Source of the DNA: Octopus vulgaris
Lineage: Eukaryota
Direction: 5' to 3'
Length of the DNA: 64,000 bases
Assembly: GCA_951406725.2 (NCBI GenBank)
Contig: OX597835.1
Location: 46,934,001-46,998,000 of the forward strand
Of this stretch, positions 58,335 to 64,000 are shown one piece after another. A program made the position numbers and the translations under genes. Position 1 is the stretch's first letter; each line of letters begins with the position of its first letter. Under the pieces are notes generated by a model. That model was given only the letters and a program-made list of their open reading frames with translations, was not told the origin of the DNA and ran no database searches.

Positions 58335-58467
58335 GCAGGTAGATAGATAAAGAGAGAGAGAGAGATATAAACACAAAGATAGAAGATATACAGTCTTAGA
58401 TAGATAGATAGACAGATAGAAAGATAAATAGAGAGACAGATGGATAGATAGATAGATAGATAGATAG

Positions 58468-58548
<81 letters not shown>

Positions 58549-58553
58549 CAGAC

Positions 58554-58647
<94 letters not shown>

Positions 58648-58995
58648 GTAGATAGAGATACACAATTATTGCCAAAAGTGAAAGGAGAGAATGAATGAAA
58701 TATGTTATCTCTTCTTTTCAGTTATTGGACTGCGGCCATGCTGGGGCACCGCCTTGAAGAATTTTTTTAGTGGAAAGAATCGACGCCAGTACTTATTGTT
58801 ATTATTTTCTTATTAATTTTAACTGGTACTTATTCTATTGGCGTCTTTTGCCGAACCGCTCAGTTACGGCGACGTAAACACACCAACACTGACTGTGAAG
58901 CAGTGAGGGGGGCAAATATATGAGTATCCAATACACACACACACACAAATATATATATACATATACATACACACACACACACATACATACATATA

Positions 58996-59210
58996 TACTC
59001 TTTTACTCTTTTACTTGTTTCAGTCATTTGAATGTGGCCATGCTGGAGCACCGCCTTTAGTCGAGCAAATCGACCCCGGGACTTATTCTTAGTAAGCCCA
59101 GTACTTATTCTATCGGTCTCTTTTGCCGAACCGCTAAGTGACGGTGACGTAAACACACCAGCATCGGTTGTCAAGCAATGCTAGGGGGACAAATACAGAC
59201 ACACAAACAT

Positions 59211-59251
<41 letters not shown>

Positions 59252-59414
59252 ACATACGACGGGCTTCTTTCAGTTTTCGTCTACCAAATCCACTCACACG
59301 GTTTTGGTCGGCCCGAGGCTATAGTAGAAGACACTTGCCCAAGATGCCACGCAGTGGGACTGAACCCGGAACCATGTGGTTGGTAAGCAAGCTACTTACC
59401 ACACAGCCACTCCT
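58996..59414 (-). mobile_element. tRNA-derived SINE family A, near full length
   Basis: Minus-strand 5' end has A-box-like TGGCTGTGTGG and B-box-like GGTTCAGTCCC, an internal microsatellite and an (AAAGAGTA)n tail. Other copies or fragments at ~4059-4380, 17960-18365, 27427-27828, 29950-30100, 43100-43265, 43660-43840, 50627-50735, 57040-57180, 58710-58915, 59530-59630 and 61220-61410. Confidence 0.9.
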
Positions 59415-59457
59415 ATATATATATTATTGGCTAAACTGGCAAAATGACCATTCCGAA

Positions 59458-59529
<72 letters not shown>

Positions 59530-60085
59530 TACAACGAGCTTCTTTCAGTTTCGCCTACCAAATTCACTTACAAGGGTTTGGACGGCCCGAGTCTATAGCA
59601 GAAGTCTATAGCAGAAGCCCAAGGTCCCACGATACACACACACACGCACACATACACACACACATGTATATATGTATATATTGGTGTATGTGTGTGTTTA
59701 ATCTTAAACACATGCTAAACGCGTATATGAGAGAGAGGGAGAATCCTCAAGTGTTGCCTGGGACGCCATGTTGCAGGAGTTGCAAGGGTTGCGGTGAGAG
59801 GTGTATAAAATAAGGACGTGGGTGGTGGGAAGGGGGGGCTGTTAGATGCGTGGAAGGCAAAATGGGACCCGAACGAGAGCCTTCTTGCCATCTCTGACAC
59901 ACGCAACCACCTCCACCACCCACCACCTTCGTCAACATGATGATGCTAATAATACTAATAATAACAATACCCCCAAACCGCCACCGTCGACGCCGCTAAC
60001 CCCAACCCCGGCTATCAAACCGCATCCAATTAACTTTAATCAGTAGATTTTAAATATGTTGGCTTATCGGCCCCTTTTTTCTTTG

Positions 60086-60552
<467 letters not shown>

Positions 60553-61416
60553 CATTTCCTTTATTTCTCATTTGCTTGTTTGTTTAGGGTTCTTTTCCCT
60601 ATCACATTCTGTGTAAAATGTGAAACGCCTCCCATTTTGTAATTTGGACGTTTTATAATGTCTCCCTCCCCACCACGCCGTCTGTGGCCCGCGGGCGGGG
60701 GGGGGCAATAAAAAAGCATTATTGGCGCTATCATTATTATTAGTATCATTGTTGTTGCTGTTGTTATTTACTTTGCTGGAAGCGAATTATTACTGTTGTT
60801 GTTGTTGGAAGTGATGGTGTTGTTTCGGGTGGAGAGAAAAGTTGTGTGCATGCGTGTGTGTGTGTGTGTGTGCGTGCGTGCGTGTGTGTGTGTGTGTGTG
60901 TGTGCGTGTAATCTAAGCAAGGGAGAGAGTAATTGATCTAGCAAAAGTTTTAATGTGAGGTTCTTGGAGATGAAAAAAAATTATATAAAAACAAGAAAAC
61001 TATGCTAACAAATAACAACTGCTGTTAACGAGGGAGAGAGAGAGAGAGAGAGATGGGGCAAAGAGACGGTAGAGAGAGAGAGAGAGAGAGACAGACAGCA
61101 GACAGAGTGAGAGAGAGTGAGAGAACTGGAGCCTTGGGGAGAGAGAGAGAGAGAGAGAAACAACAGAGAGAACAAGAGATGAAAGGCGATTCCAGTCTAA
61201 ATAATATTTTTTATCGTTTATCATTTACTTGCTTCAGTCATTAGACTGCGGTCATGCTGGGGCACCGCCTTGAATAATTTGTTTTACCTATTTTTGCTAA
61301 GCCTGGCAGTTATTCTATCGGTCCTTTTTGTTGAACCGCTAAGTTACGGGGACATAAACCCACCAGCACCGGCTATCAAGCAGTGGTGCAGGACAAACAC
61401 AGACACAGACACACAG

Positions 61417-61472
<56 letters not shown>

Positions 61473-61491
61473 CATACATATGGATATAGAT

Positions 61492-61550
<59 letters not shown>

Positions 61551-61571
61551 TATACATATATATATATATAC

Positions 61572-61603
<32 letters not shown>

Positions 61604-62657
61604 TCATATATATATAACATATGTATATTCATATGTATATATATATATGTATGTATATATATATATATATATATTCATATATATTCATATATATATGTAT
61701 ATATAGACATATATACATTATACGCATACACGTAAAGAAACATACGTATATGCACATACATGCATACACATACACACGCACGTATACATATGTAGATGTA
61801 TTGTGGGGTGACGGCAAAAGTTACCGAGGAAATCAAGGACAGATAGTTTCCTGCTCTGCTGCTTATCTCAAGGGTACATCCTAAGTAAAAGGGTACATCC
61901 TGCCCCCATCCTAATTAAAAGGCTCTCAACCCGAGAATGTCTGGAGATTTTAAAATCTTTGAACATGGCAAATATTACAATTAATTTTTTTTTAACAAAA
62001 TCATAATTCCTTCTTTTGCAATAATTTCCTTTGCTGAAATATATCATTGCTACTTATAAAAAACATTATTTGCAAAACCTCTCGCTTGCTGTTGATTGAG
62101 GTTCCTGAATGAGACTTGGAACAGTTCGTGCAAATCAAGGTAACAAAAAAGAAAGAAAAAAGAAGAAAAATAATAATGACAATGGCTTAACATTTTGGCA
62201 CAAGGCCAGAAATTTCAGGAGAAGGGGTATCGACTGCTACTTATCTTATCGACCCTGAAAGGATAAAAGGCAAAGTCAACCTCGGTGGAATTTGAAATCA
62301 GAACTTTAAAGACAAAGAGCCACTCAATGTTTTGTCCAGTATACAAACAATTCGTCCAGCTTGTTATCCTAAATATAATAAATAGATAATCCCTTCTACT
62401 GCTGGCACAAGGCTTCAAATTTTTGGGGGGCGGAAATCGATAACAACGACCCTCAAAGTTCAACTGGTTTATCGACTATGAAAGAATGAAAAGCAAAGCT
62501 AGCTTCAGCGGAATTTGAACACAAAACATAAGAACAGATAAAATGCCTCTTAAGCAGCATTTCGTACGGCGAGCTAACTATTCTGCCAGCTCACTACTTC
62601 ATGAATAACAACAACAACAACAATAATGATGATGATGATGATGATGATGATGATAAC

Positions 62658-62689
<32 letters not shown>

Positions 62690-62825
62690 TAATAATAATA
62701 ATAATAACTGATAATAATAATAGTGCCTGGTGTACCCTTATCAGACGGGTAGTCATGATGGGTATACTGGGCTTCGTATATTTTACCCCAGTGTCACTTT
62801 GATGGCATGTGCTGCTCTCTCACTC

Positions 62826-62950
<125 letters not shown>

Positions 62951-62952
62951 TG

Positions 62953-63021
<69 letters not shown>

Positions 63022-64000
63022 GCCCTGATGCCGTAAAAACTGCCGAAAAGTTTGAGAATAGTAAATGTCCCAATCAGCAATTCTGACTGCAACATGCTGA
63101 AGAAGCTAAGAGTTGAAAACAATTACTTTTATCTCCAAACAGAAATAAATATACACAACGAACTCTTGTCATTTTTGTGTGCCAAACGTTTTCATCGTTG
63201 AACGATGTCAGTTTATTTACATTTTAACACTATTGCTTCTACTTCCGGTACATATAATATTTAATGGCGAAACCTTGTTCATTTTTACATGCAAGTCTAT
63301 TGTCGCTAATACATCAATTGTTGGTCGCCTGCAAACAACTAGTTGCTAACAAGCAACAGTGGCCGCTTTACTTATTTATTTATCTATTTATTTATTCATT
63401 TTTTTATTGTTATTGTTAACAGAGTCAATTATATAACAAGCAACGACAATAACAACCACAGCAACTTCGGAGTGAGGAGACAAACATTTCGAGCGTCGAG
63501 ATCAAAGCATTCGATAAGAAGACCAGAACCAACTTGTTAATTGTTTATGCCGGTAGAAGACCACGGTTATCCTATTTATTTTATCGAGATTATCAACCTG
63601 CGGAATAAAATGTTAAGTCGGCAACCATAGCAGGATTTGAACCGAGAACATATCAGCTCTTATTAGACACTGCAGTGCATCTTTCTGGCGCTCGAAAGTT
63701 CATACAATTCTCAACATGCTTCTTCATATATTATTATGACATTTCACCTCTACCAAGTAATTTAAATCCTTGATCCGACTCTGTTTTTCAATGGCCACAT
63801 ATATATCGCAAGAGTCGTCACGCTGCACTTCTCTTCACACCTAAACGACTGGATGTGCAATGTGAATTTAGCCTTAAAGATATTTTGGGTCAATCACATA
63901 TGTTTGTACTGTACGATCAGCCAACCGAAATCCTTCTGCAGAAACGGCAAAAGCATTTTGCTTGTTATAGTATCATATATGCAGTTGTTGTATGCACGTG

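Noticed and set aside
58200-58410. Local ~50-bp direct duplication within GATA/GA repeats
   Set aside because: Ordinary slippage-type duplication inside a compound microsatellite.
58996-59414. tRNA genes suggested by A/B-box motifs
   Set aside because: The boxes are heads of multi-copy SINEs, and I could not build a full cloverleaf.

Overview
Eukaryotic, very microsatellite-rich genomic DNA. The SINE families and the (TA)n/(TACA)n/(TAA)n density suggest a coleoid cephalopod such as Octopus (inference). The only host gene I can support is the 3' part of a minus-strand nuclear receptor, tailless/TLX (NR2E1). Four GT-AG exons (37641-37418, 30936-30705, 24986-24837, 15525-15257) splice in frame and encode the T-box, hinge and complete ligand-binding domain. 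I found no zinc-finger exons in the remaining 26 kb, so they probably lie beyond position 64000. Nearly all other ORFs in the track are microsatellite artefacts. Notable non-genic structure: (1) a GC-rich 55 x 67-bp tandem array (44142-47825) with hairpin-forming units and higher-order block duplications, apparently grown out of one end of an hAT-type MITE; (2) about ten minimal type-I hammerhead-ribozyme-like motifs, several with non-canonical cores, in Penelope-like remnants mostly sitting in or next to (TA)n-type tracts; (3) 3' ends of restriction-like-endonuclease (R4/Dong-like) retrotransposons, with different families tied to (TAA)n and to (TACA)n; (4) mariner remnants, hAT MITEs with 8-bp TSDs, a non-autonomous Helitron and many tRNA-type SINEs.
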